DNA of 64,000 nt, from the NCBI RefSeq assembly GCF_018977255.1, contig NW_024704745.1, forward strand, positions 20,026,001-20,090,000, in the 5' to 3' direction. The notes under the pieces were generated by a model. That model worked only from the letters and a program-made list of their open reading frames with translations, ran no database searches and was not told the DNA's origin. The DNA is from Callorhinchus milii (Eukaryota). A program made the position numbers and the translations under genes. The stretch's first letter is position 1, and every line of letters begins with the position of its first letter. Positions 22,281-34,255 of this stretch are shown here, piece by piece.

Positions 22281-24232
22281 TAATCAGTGCTCCCAGCAAA
22301 AGCAAAGGTTAATTTGTGAGTTGTTTGTCTGTGTTACAGTTGGCTCCAGTTGCTCTGAGCTTTTTTCTCACCTGATGTAGTAAACAATGAAGTATATATT
22401 AGGTGACTAGGGTATAAAATGTATAATTTGTAATGGGTTTCCTCTTTAAGTAGATTTTGTTCGAGTGGATTTCCCACAGGTCAGTGTGATGTACTTCCAG
22501 TTAAGGAAGAAGTTCCCATTTACATTCCTTCACCGTTAAGAAATCCTTAAGAAATATTCAAATTAGACCCCAAACAGAACCCTTTGTGAGACCTCAATTC
22601 CGTAATGCAGGAAATTTAAACCACTGAACATTACCACTAGATGGAGTCTGTGCTTTTTAAAACCAAAATGTGTTTTATTATATTCACTGCTGGATGATGC
22701 TGTGCAGAAAATCCAACTGTTCAGAGGTTGCTCTCAAGTTAGCAGGCCTGAGGCCTCTCACTCACATTTCCATCGTCACCCACCCTGTAGCCTCTTATTT
22801 TCTTCTTTCGCTGGTGTTATAATGCGGTTAGATTTTACTGTGGGTCAAACACTAACGTCCCAGTCAGAAGCCAGTTACTAATAAATCCAAAAGGGTAAAA
22901 TATGATGATATTCAGTCTCTTACATTATTCCAAATGGTAACATTAATGTCTTTCTTGCATGTTGTAACTGCTCGGAGCTCTATAAATAAGTTCGATTTAT
23001 ACTGAATACAGAAAAACAGGAGAAAATAGCCATTCATACCCACTTCACTGGCACAACAATTTTTGGGCAAAATCATCCACTTGAATTAACATGGACACAG
23101 AGTAGACATCCACTCTTAACTTGTATATCCTTGAATCTATTCCCCATTTTCATATTTACCAGCATTAAATAAGTCCTGCCATTTTTCAATTGTGGATCAC
23201 AAAGATATCCAGTGATGGAGTAGGAGCTTGGTACATTGCTCAAATCTGGAAGAGTGAGAACATGTGTTACTGTATTTATTAAAATAATACAGGAATATTT
23301 AATAGAGGATGGAGCTGTGTGACGGGGTGGAACTGAGTGACACTATGAATTGATACAAATACTGAGGTGCTGCTGAAATAAGGTTTTTTTTCCTGGCATA
23401 ACATCAAAAACTCTCCTTGTCACAATCCTGTAAAGAAAGGCCTTAATAACCTGAATCCATCTGCCCAGTGTATGCCATCCTCATTTTCTCTGCACGCCTC
23501 CAGCATTCCAATAACACTGAGTGGGTGTTGCCTTTCCATATCCACCCAGTGATATTTAGGGCTGTAACAAGCAGGTCTGTATTTGATCTGTCCATGATGG
23601 TTTTATCAGGAAAATGAACGTTACTTCTTAATGCCATATATTTTCACCCACACAAAATATACAGTCAATTCACATTACAGTATATTCTGTGAAGCACTTT
23701 GAGATGTCTCGAAGACATTATAAGGTGATATATTAAATGCAATGATTCTTTTTTTATTATTATTGTACAACATCTCTTTGGAGTTGGTGGATACCATTAG
23801 AAGTGACATTCATTTTGCAATCAGAACCAGATTGGATGGACACACTGGAATTTCACCCATTTGTAATCCGAGTTTCGCCATGGTTTGGTGACAATATTAC
23901 TCCTGGTATGTAGTACACCCTGTCATTTTTCAATATACTCCAGGTAAGCACTAAAACTGCTTCCTAAGATCCCCATCAACCCGTACCATCCCCTCCCCAT
24001 CCTGCCTCGGTTCAACCTGTTGTATTTGTGAATTCCAGCTTTTTTAAAATTAAATGCACCTGAGAGATGGCAATAATAATAATAATCCTTGCATTTGATA
24101 TAGCGCTTTTCACGTCGGGAAGACATCCCAAAGCGCTTCACTAAAGGAGGTTGGTTTCACTCAGTACTCAAAACTCAATAACAAAAACTTTCAATGTTAC
24201 TACATGTAAGTAAATCATGATAAATAATGCAG

Positions 24233-24550
24233 GTAATAATAATAATAATAATCCTTGCATTTGATATAGCGCTTTTCACGTCTTCTAGACGTCCCAAAAC
24301 GCTTCACAGAATATACTGTAAAGTGAATTGACTGTATATTTGTGGGCGAACGTGGCAGCCAATTGCACACAGCAATGTCCCACAAATAGTCGTAGATTGA
24401 AAATGACCAATTTATTATTTTTTTTTTGGAGGGATTATTATTAGGTGTGTGGAGTAAGGAAACTTGCCCAAAGTTTCGCCCTGCCTGGAATTGAACTCAG
24501 GTCTCTGGCTTGCAAAGTAAGTGCTCTAACCACTGAGCTACAGGACTAGG
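24233..24550 (-). mobile_element. tRNA-headed SINE family B (short variant), preceded by an extra tail copy at 24072-24142
   Basis: Head AGTCCTGTAGCTCAGTGGTTAGAGCAC...GAGTTCAATTCCAGG; tail ...GAAAAGCGCTATATCAAATGCAAGG(ATT)n. Confidence 0.85.
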
Positions 24551-24726
24551 TACAGGTACAGATTGAATGAGTCAGTTGAGTTCTCTATGAATACTGTAGT
24601 GGACTATTGCACAANTTTTTTTAATGGCAGTGTATAGCGCTCTGCTGTACTCTATGTCACGGTGTCTAGAGTTGCTTAGGCATCTTATCTTTATAATAAT
24701 GAATATAAAGGTATAATTTATTAATC

Positions 24727-25132
24727 ACTGGGACGTCCTCCCGACATGAAAGGTGCTCTAAAAATTTAATTTTGTTGTTGTTGCCTTAGCTTTGTTCCCG
24801 CCGACGCTTGACTACGTGCATGCTCTGTGATACACAATGCCACTGCGCCACGGTCAGCCATCGGGGCCACCAGGCGTAACTGCATGATGCCACAGTGCTA
24901 CTTTGACTCAGCAGCCACCAAGTGTAACTGCAGCAAAAACGCAAAACTGAAATACATTTTAGGTCACAACTCATGAACGACAGGAGATATCCGACAACAA
25001 ATATGCCCATGTCACTCTCAGATGCAAGGCCTTTCTGATGAGGTAGAAATCATGCCTTTAGGTCAATTGGTTACTGAGATCTTTCTTGAAACGCACACAC
25101 ACAGACAGACATCTTTGTTTTATTAGTCTAGA
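24727..25132 (-). mobile_element. Non-autonomous Helitron-like element, copy 2 (3'-truncated, ends in the embedded L2-type tail)
   Basis: Minus strand starts TCTAGACTAATAAAACAAAGATGTCTGTCTG and is colinear with copy 1. Confidence 0.65.
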
Positions 25133-27176
25133 AGAAGATATAGATAAACTGAAAAACCTGCACCATTCCTTTCTATTCTTGTGAAAAAAAAGTAACCGTG
25201 ATGTCTGACTGCCATTGTTTATTTTCATAGCTTCCAGTGCACTACTAAAGCTTGTATACAAAAGTCAGGCCAGCAAAACAAAAAACTTCACTACAAAGGA
25301 GAGACCAAACTATCCCATATCCTGTGGGACACTGCCAATCCCTATCCTGCCTAGTTCCTGACTACTCAAAAGTCCTTGAAAAATCCTCTGACACACTAAT
25401 GGCGATACACTCTGCTTAAAACCTTCAGTTATTGCCATTAATCTTCCAGCATTCCTTCTCTCCACACCTGTTTTTTCTTTCCCTGTTCATACTGTATTTT
25501 CTTTTCCTCTTCTTAAGGAATTATGAGCCCTGTTAGCTTCAATTTGAAATAATTTCCAGCATAGATTCTGACAACATCTGGCAAAATAAAATAATACTGT
25601 ATAAAGATATAGCGAATTACTTTCCTGATAAAAGACTCAGGAATTTTAGCATCCACAAAAGATGGACATCTCTACAAGAATGTATTTCAATCTCGCTCAT
25701 TATAAAAGTCCAATGGCAAACATAATTTTGTAAAAAGTATGTGTCAATCTAATGAACAAACGTCTAAGAATAATACTCTATTGAACAGTGCTGTACATGT
25801 GTTAAAGTTTCTCCATAATAACATGTTTTAACATTTCGCTGGTCTTAGATTTTTCTCCTGCTGTTAGCTTAAAATTATAACAATCATTGGCCTTGACTTT
25901 GTGTAAAATTGGCTGCTGATACAATGAGCTTTCTTCAATTCTACTGGGGAAAATTAATTCAAGAATGGGAAAAAAAAAGCATTTGTTGGAAATTCACCAT
26001 CTTACAAGTAACAGTGTGTTATTCTTCCACCCGAGTCCTCATATATTCATCTCTTTTGTTTGTCCTGCTGACGTGAAAGGCGTTATACAAATATAATTTG
26101 TTGTTGTTGTGATACTTCTGAGGCCTGAAACCCATAACATCTTTATTTGTAAGACTATTTTGTCTTCAATTTTAAGATTGTGCAGAAATTTGAAAAATTC
26201 TTAAATTCAGTCGTCGTTTGGAAATTGGTTCTTTAAGAACCGCAGAAAAATGACCTCCAAATCCCTTGGGATCCTTTGAGTTTCCCTCTGTTTCAGTCAG
26301 CTTCTTGCGAAAGTGTATATTATTATTTTATTGAATGTTTCCGCTGGTGAGAATTCAAATATTGTAAAAGTTTTAGGCAGCTAAAGAGGAAATTTAGGTT
26401 TAAATTTAGAACAACTGTTCAGAAATAGAAGGAATGAAGTTGCATTTGGATTGTGTCTTTTCATGCCAAAAAAACATGTTACAAAAAAAACTTTTCAGTT
26501 AGGCAAACTTGGCAGACACATTGCATGTGGGAAGATCTCACAAAGAGCCATAAGGTGAATGTCCAATTCATCTGGAGGACTGTAGGCCAAGAAACACCCT
26601 TTTCTTTTTGACAGATTTTCTTTTCTAGGTTGGTCTTGAATTGCCAACCTTCTCGTCCATAGCTCAGAGTGGTATGAAATGAGCTGAGCTGACACCATTA
26701 TAGCAGCAGTCCAATTGAGATTTACTGATCAAGTTGCAAATTAGATTATGTCTTATTTGTAGAACTGGGCACCGCTCAGTTTATTTAGTTGGAAAAATAT
26801 GTATATCTAAGTGTTCCTGGTTTACTCGAGATGTTCCCATTTCTGTTCTTCAAGTCATGTGATAAGGTTGCGTTCTATAATGTAAGTCAAGTTTTCTCTG
26901 CGCTGGTTAGCTACCCTCTCAATCTGGTTAGTCAAATCTAACCATGAATGCAGTCAGGTTTTACATACAGTGTGCATACTCTATTTCTTGATCTGTCCTA
27001 ACTTGGAGTCTCTTGTATACGCTGAGTGCATTAGTTACCGATTTTCTGGGTTGTATGTGGATGCTTCTCCACCTTTCATTTGAACCATTTTTCTCTAGTT
27101 ATGTTTCCTGCACTAGTTCTGTTGCTATACTTCCTGTTGTTTTAATAAATATATTGAAATGAATAATACATTTTGG

Positions 27177-27420
27177 AAAAAAAACACAAAATACTGCAGA
27201 TGCTGGAAATCTGAAACAAAAACAGAAGTTGCTGGGAACACTCAGCAGGTCAGGCAGCATCTATGGAGAAAGGAAAGTGAGTCAACGTTTCGGGTCCACG
27301 ACCCTTGGTTAGAATTGACAAACTGTGGACCCAAAAGGAAAGTGAGTCAATTTTTTGGGTCTATGACCTCTTCATCAGAACCATTCTCAGAATCTTCCCA
27401 GCGATTTCTGTTTTTGTTTC
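27177..27420. mobile_element. Penelope-like element terminal-repeat remnant with 14-bp flanking direct repeat
   Basis: AAATACTGCAGATGCTGGAAATCTGAAACAAAAACAGAA...CTCAGCAGGTCAGGCAGCATC with a partial inverted copy at the right end (TTCTGTTTTTGTTTC); flanked by ATAATACATTTTGG at 27163-27176 and 27421-27434. Confidence 0.65.
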
Positions 27421-28189
27421 ATAATACATTTTGGGTTCAACCCAAAACAAAAGTTACTTCAATGCCAGATATAGACTGAGAAGTAGAAAATCAGATGTCC
27501 CCCTGGGTTGCTCAAAAACTGCAGTAGCTGATACAAGACAGAGATGTATCATTCTGGTTATTGTTGTACTGCTGAGTTTAAAGGTTTGCTTGGATATTGC
27601 TGACAATAGTCAGCATTGTAAGAATTCTCAATACGCATTTCCTCCAGATACAGGAGGTAATAATCCTCCAGATAAAATTAGTCAATTTCTTCATGGCTAT
27701 TTGTGGGATATTACTGTGCACGAATTGGCGACTTCATTCACCTACAAATACATTACACTTTACGAAGTATCAATGTTAAAGTTTCTATATCAAATTAAAG
27801 GATTATTATTGTTACCGACTGGATATGTTTTGGGAAATAGGACTGAAGACTGAATCAAGGCCCCCAAGACTGGGTTTATATAATACATTTTAACATCAAG
27901 CAGATAAAGAGATTCCATTGAACAACATTAACATTCCATGACACACATGGCATAACACTTCAAAATCTGAATTATAAATCCCATTTTCATTCCCAAATGG
28001 TTCCACCTGCTATTGCTGAACACAATTGCATGCTGAGAATAAGGAAAGTTTGTAAAAGCCAGAGCCGATTGCTCAGGTATCCATTCAGCTCCAAGGCATG
28101 TTCCATTGATAGACATTTAGTTCACTCCATTTGCTATACTGTACAGTATTTGCTAATGACAAGGAACAACACTAGAAGAGGGTGAAACC

Positions 28190-28842
28190 TGAGGCAAGAT
28201 TCCTCGCTCCAGACGCCTCTGTTTGTCTAGCAGTAAGTAGGAACACAGTTAGCCGTTTGGCGGATCGTTTTCCGGGAGTAATAATCAATTCAAAAAATAA
28301 TAATAATGATTTGGTCACTCAATCCAAGACTGTTTGTGGGACACTGCTGTGCGCAATTGGCTGCTGCATTTCGCCCACAAAATATACAGTCAATTCACTT
28401 TATAGTCTCGTCTGTGAAGGGCTTTGAGACAACTCAACAATGTGATAAGGCCCTATATCAAATGCAAGGATTATTATTATCTAAATATATATAGATAATA
28501 TACATATATATAGATATATATGTGGAGTCCTGTAGCTCAGTGGTTAGAGCACTCGCCTTCCAAGCGAGATACCTGGGTTCAATTCCAGGCAGGGCGAAAC
28601 CTTGGGTAAGTTTCCTTACTCCACACGCCTAATAATAATCCCTCCAAAACAAAACAATAATAAATTGGTCATTTTTAATCCAATCCACAACTGTTTGTGG
28701 GACACTGCTGTGCACAATTGGCTGCCGCGTTTCGCCCACAAATATACAGTCAATTCATTTTACAGTCTATTCTGTGAAGCGCTTTGAGATGTCGAGAAGA
28801 CGTGAAAAGCGCTATATCAAATGCAAGGATTATTATTATTAT
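28190..28842 (+). mobile_element. Two tandem SINE family B copies (long variant 28190-28480, short variant 28521-28842)
   Basis: Second copy has an intact tRNA-like head GGAGTCCTGTAGCTCAGTGGTTAGAGCACTCG...GGGTTCAATTCC; both share the 3' body and (ATT)n tail. Confidence 0.85.
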
Positions 28843-31389
28843 ATAGCCAACAAGGTTATTCTATTGAGTGCTCACAGACAACATCCTAAATCATAGCAGA
28901 AGATCTCAAGAATGGCTAAGGGAACAGAGGAACTATGGAGTTCATTCAAGGAGGTGATTCAGAATGCATTGGACCAATGTGTACTCATGCAAAGAAAAGG
29001 TACCAAGCTTTTATTATTGAAAAAAATAGATGGAGTCCAATCAACATTAGAGTTCTGACACATTTTACATTTGGATTGGGACTTAGAAATCTTATTTTGA
29101 AATAATACTTGGTAAAATCAGTGTTATGCTGGGATCAAGTTCTCCTTGATTCAAATCTGACCATTAAACATTGATCACCATTGGGCTAAACTTTTGAGCA
29201 GCAGGGGCTCTTTACATGCACTTTATCCTGTTGAGTTGTTGTAGCTAAATGCATTAAAGCATTACTAAGCATGCAAAGTTACTAAGGGTGGTGCAGACCA
29301 CATCCTTTGCAAGTAATGGTTAAAAAGAATGATCTCACTGAAACAGTATTTGTCCAGCTAGAGCTCAGTACTAACATTAGCGTTTGGGCTCACAGGATTG
29401 AGAATATGTCACTGCCTCTAAGTCTGCACCTTGGATTACTGCAGACCTCTGTGGCTTTGCCAGCCACTTTTCAAAGCCACTTTAATCTCAGAGAAACTAC
29501 ACTTCCCCCCTCAGCATTTCGCCTGCTTGGGATTTGAGATTTGCAATTTCCAGATGTTGTGGCATACTCACAATCCGCACAGGCTAACATTACTTTATTA
29601 ATGGTACTAATATTACAGTATAATACACAAAAGGATTATGTTGAGTCATCATAGTCATGGTACCAACTGCAAAAGAGTGAAGGGCTGAGTCGACCCATCA
29701 GAATCTACTGTCAACCAATTGAGCCATCCAAGATGCCTTCACTAATACATTAAAAATAAAATATTTCTCAATCAGAAGTTTTTTGCATTAATAGTGACTT
29801 TGGGTTTGTGCATATTAATTTACAGGATTCCTGAATGGCAAATCCCATGCTTGCAAAATCTTTAAAGAGGTCAGTGTTGGTTTTTTTCTCTAAACATTTT
29901 GCCTGCTTGGGATTTAGCATTTGTAATTTCCAGATCTTGTTGCATATTCACAATCCGCCATTTGCAAACCAGGAGTTGCAATGAACACAAGAAATCCGGT
30001 GTGCAAATTAACATTTTCAACCACATTCAAGCTGATTCTCAACCACTTTTTTATGTAACAAGAAAATGCAAAAGTAACAAGAATACGTTTTGACGTCAGT
30101 TTGAAAGCCAAATATTATAGTCAGGTTGAAATCTGCTCTCAAAACACCAAAGTTGCAATTGCAAGTTAATATGAAAATCCTGTTAACAAATACTCTTTCA
30201 TCATCTATTCCCTTTCCCTTGCTCAGGAGTCCAGTCAATCTCAAATGTTGAAGAGTCAGCAATCTCATTAGTGCAAAGAGAGAGATGAAAGTCCAATGCA
30301 GGGATTAATGTTTTACAGCACCCACCTCAAAGCAGCACCATAATTTCTGCTGGTCACTCGCAGGTCAGTGAAAATTATTAAAAGCAAGGAAGCTAATAAG
30401 AAACAATTTTGTAGGGAAATGCTGCAGTTTGCGTAATGATAGATTGAGAAAATCAGCACTCCTTAGGGGATTGACTGCTGCTGCTGGTTTGGCTGCTCAG
30501 AACTACTTGGTTATTTTTGGGACCCATCCTGTTAGCTTGAGGTTTTCTAATGGAGATTAATGTCCATTTCCATTATCTTTTCTGACCTGTATAAGCTGAA
30601 TTGGAAATGCCTGCCTACCCTTGCCTTAGGGCAAAACGATCACAGAGGAATCGTTTCTGGGCCTCTCTCTGCCTACATAAATGCATTCAGTAAATGAAGC
30701 AAGCATGAATGAGCCAAACAGCATTACTTTCTGTAATGATTTACTGCTCCCTAGCACAGCCTGTTAAAAAAATTAAATGATCAGACGAGGATGATTGCAG
30801 TACTGTAGATACTCTATATTAAAAAAAGAGGCAAGTTTATGTGCATCCAGTTTGATTATCTGGTGAACATCGCAGACTGACTTCGGGGATGTTTCCAGTA
30901 CGGGCACGTATGGGCATTTGCTTCCCATTTCTCTCTCTTCAGCTCCAACAAGATGATAGCAGCAGTGATGAGAGGAAAGGCCATGTCCAAGCAGTCTTGT
31001 GAGGTGCATGTCACAGATTAACACACTGAGTCTGAATTTTACTGGAATCACTGACCAAACGAAGAACATTTTGCTTTGAATTTTCTTGAACAGTCTCCAG
31101 ATTATTGCTTTTCAGCTTTTTATAAACGAATAGATTATTATGTTTATACTGAAAAAATTCAAGCAAAAAAAATGCTGTATAATTCAAATTCCAACAGGTC
31201 TTACTTAGTCTATAGGGCTATTTTGTCTTAAAATTTAAGGTTGCTCAGAATTGAGAAAAATTCTTTAATTCAGTCTTAATGTGGATGACTGTTGTTTTAA
31301 GAACTGTGGAAATTGGCTTCCAGTCTGGGAATATTAGAGCTGTATGTACATTATTTTGAAATATTAATGCATTGTCTCATTTGGAAATA

Positions 31390-31545
31390 CAGTAAAACCT
31401 GCATAAGTTTGATCTGTATAAAACGTATAATCACCTAGGTTGTACACCTGCCTAAGTTCCATTGAATTTCCTATTAAGTTTCACATAACTCATACTTTTC
31501 ATAAGTCATATTAAATGTATGGGATAACGTATTTGAGGTTTACTG
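31390..31545. mobile_element. Tc1/mariner (Tigger/pogo-like) MITE
   Basis: TA|CAGTAAAACCT ... AGGTTTACTG|TA: terminal inverted repeats with TA target duplication, 156 bp. Confidence 0.65.
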
Positions 31546-32149
31546 TATAGGCACTATATCTTATTTGCTTTTGTAAAATGTTATGCTAAGTGAATGTAAC
31601 AGTAAATTACATTTGTTTCCCCTGCTCCTGTAGACCCACAACTGGTGGATATAAGACTGTAAGCTATTTACAATGCGTTGTGACTACTGGGACGAGAAAG
31701 GGCTGCTGAGTGGAGTGTGACCAGAATATAAGGACCTAAAGATGTGAGGTAGATTTAGAGATTGGAGACATATGGTTGTAGGCCTGAAACTTGAGCTGCT
31801 AAAGCCTCAAATATAGTACAGAAGGGAATCTGAATGTCCTGAAAGTGGAAATAATGTTTAAATTATGTATGTCTGCCTCAGGTGCTGAACATAAAGACTG
31901 AAATGTGCCTTGTTTTTATCCATATTGATTATACAGTTTATAAAGCTGGGTGAGAATTGCACGGAAAGATTTTTACCAAGCATTAAAATGAGAAATTAGT
32001 TGTATATTAAATAAACATTTATTTATACTTATATATTATGTTCAAAGGAATACCGATCACAAGAATCAGATTAGTGAACCTTCACATTTTGTAAAAAAAC
32101 TTTGATAAAGCCATTTAAGATAAGTAATGATAAAAATAACCTCACTGAG

Positions 32150-32440
32150 TTTATTCATCAGTATTGTCTCAAAGCACTTGAGAGAATTCACTGTGAAGTC
32201 ACTGTGTATTTGTAGATGAATGTGGCAGCCCATCTGCACACAGCAATGTTCCACAAACAGCCATGAAACAAATGACCAATTTTATTTGAAGGTTTGTTAG
32301 CCAAGACACTGTGAGAAACTGCCTTGTCTTTTCGAGTAGTGCCATGGGATCGTTATCGTCCACCTGAACAGGCACACAGGACACCTTGGTTTAAAGTATC
32401 ATCAAAGGATGACACTTCTGACAATGCAACACTCCTCCAG
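32150..32440 (-). mobile_element. DeuSINE
   Basis: Reverse complement CAGGTGGACGATAACGATCCCATGGCACTA...GGCTGTTTGTGGAACATTGCTGTGTGCA. Confidence 0.75.
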
Positions 32441-34049
32441 CAGCTCTGCTAGATGAGTTGTTTTTATCACAAAATGTGTGAGTGTTTGTTTTCCTCTCAA
32501 CAGCTCTATTGTTACCCTTCATATTTCACAAAACAAACAGCGATTCACAACCAAGACCCAGCACAATGAAAGTCATACATTGCATGGGGCCCAGGATCAT
32601 AAATTCACATGTCTCAAAACAATATTAAATAGAATTGAATGTCACAACACAGAGACAATCCATAACCAAACCTAAGAAATGTCAGGCCGTGCTCTATTAA
32701 AAAGCGTCGTCAATTTTTATTGCTCTTTGCAATTGTAGATGGTGAAGTCAAGATTCTAACAAAAATTGCTACAATCTTTGGTTTAGTTTTAGCGCTGTAC
32801 ACAGTTATGACTGCATTTAAAATGAGTGCCCCGAGATACTACTTGGTTAAAGTTGCTGGGTTAATTTTCTCATTTAATTTTAGAAACTCAACAGAAGATC
32901 GGAAGTAACTGTTTGAATGTATTCCAATGAATAAAGGGGAAATAACTATGAATATTGCATGGTCTAATGATGCCTGACTCAACAGTGAATGCAAATTATT
33001 AAAATGTGTTCCTATGCTGTATATTCTTGTGAAGCAACAGTTTTTAATAGCATTAAACTCAAAAATATTCAAAAATGCAGCTATGTTACTCCTGATTCAT
33101 TTTTTGCAGTGTGGAGACTGCCTTCCAAAACTAACAATGCTTGCTGTGCACTTGGCTAGCACTGTGTTAGAAAATCCATCTAACACATGGCAACCTCTGC
33201 TTTCAGGCCATCTGCTTGTTCCTGTCATCGGCTGAGTGAGATATTTTACTTCCATTCCACACAGAAGTAGATCTCTCTGAAATATGGTTCAAAGAGACTG
33301 CGGTGTTCACCCAGGCAAGAATGTTCTCCCCTTTTTTATATAGGGGAAAGTTCCCAACAGTATGAATGATTTTTTTTTAAAAAGCTACAAGTAGAATGAC
33401 AATTGTTTTTGTGTCTTTAAGTGAGGGGATTGTCTAACACCATCATAAACCACAGTTTGGTCTTTTCTTCCTCCACTTCTTCCTGTTTCATCAATGAGGT
33501 TGGATTTGCTTGCTGCAAGCACATACTTTCCAGTTGGAAAATAAATAACTGGGGAATCTACACATAAACGTGCACATAATTCTAACTATACACACACTTA
33601 TTTCTCTGGAATATTTGAACTATAAATCACCCTGGTTGCCTCTGATTACACCAGTGAGTCAGTGTTTGTGCAGGTGTTAAATCTCTCTTTGAAAATGAGC
33701 ATTTCAGTGAAAGAACAAGTAGCCATGACATCAACAGAAGCACAATCTATTTCTTCACTACTTGCTGATATCTCTAGGTCTCTGTTGCCCAAACCGCTCT
33801 CACTTTGTATTTTATAGGAGTTGGAAATACAGCAAAATGCATATATATTCTGTGAAGCGCTTTGAGACATCTAGAAGACGTGAAAAATTTAAACTCATCT
33901 TGTTCTTCAGGTAGGTTATTATTTAGACAGATGAGACTTATGTGAGATTTACTGTATTTTAAATCACTAGCTGGGTAGACCATTGCATACAGACGGAGAA
34001 GGGAATAGAGAGATATGGGATTAGAAGTGGTGGAGACTCATATGATTTA

Positions 34050-34255
34050 TAAACACGGCAATGTTATGTGTTTCGCTTTACTTTACAGTATATTCCGTGA
34101 AATGCTTTGAAGACGTGATAAGGCAATAACAACAATAACAAGATTACATTTTATAGCGCCTTTCACGCCGGGAGGACGTCCCAAGGCGCTGGACAAAGTA
34201 CAACATTTCAGACCCGAGCTGTACAATATCAAATGCAAGGATTATTATTATTACA
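34050..34255 (+). mobile_element. SINE tail interrupted by an antisense L2 3' end (34129-34223)
   Basis: SINE tail GTGATAAGG..ATATCAAATGCAAGG is split by AACAACAATAACAAGATTACATTTTATAGCGCCTTTCACGCCGGGAGGACGTCCC; CAATA repeated at both junctions. Confidence 0.7.

Noticed and set aside
28521-28600. tRNA gene-like sequences (also 24480-24550, 37440-37510, 47613-47690, 55330-55406, 60850-60915)
   Set aside because: They are tRNA-derived SINE heads continuing into SINE bodies, with no complete cloverleaf and terminator.
30773-31750. Exon-like acceptor/donor pairs at ~30942-31003 and ~31633-31743
   Set aside because: No recognisable protein and stops in most frames; cannot be distinguished from chance splice-like motifs without RNA data.
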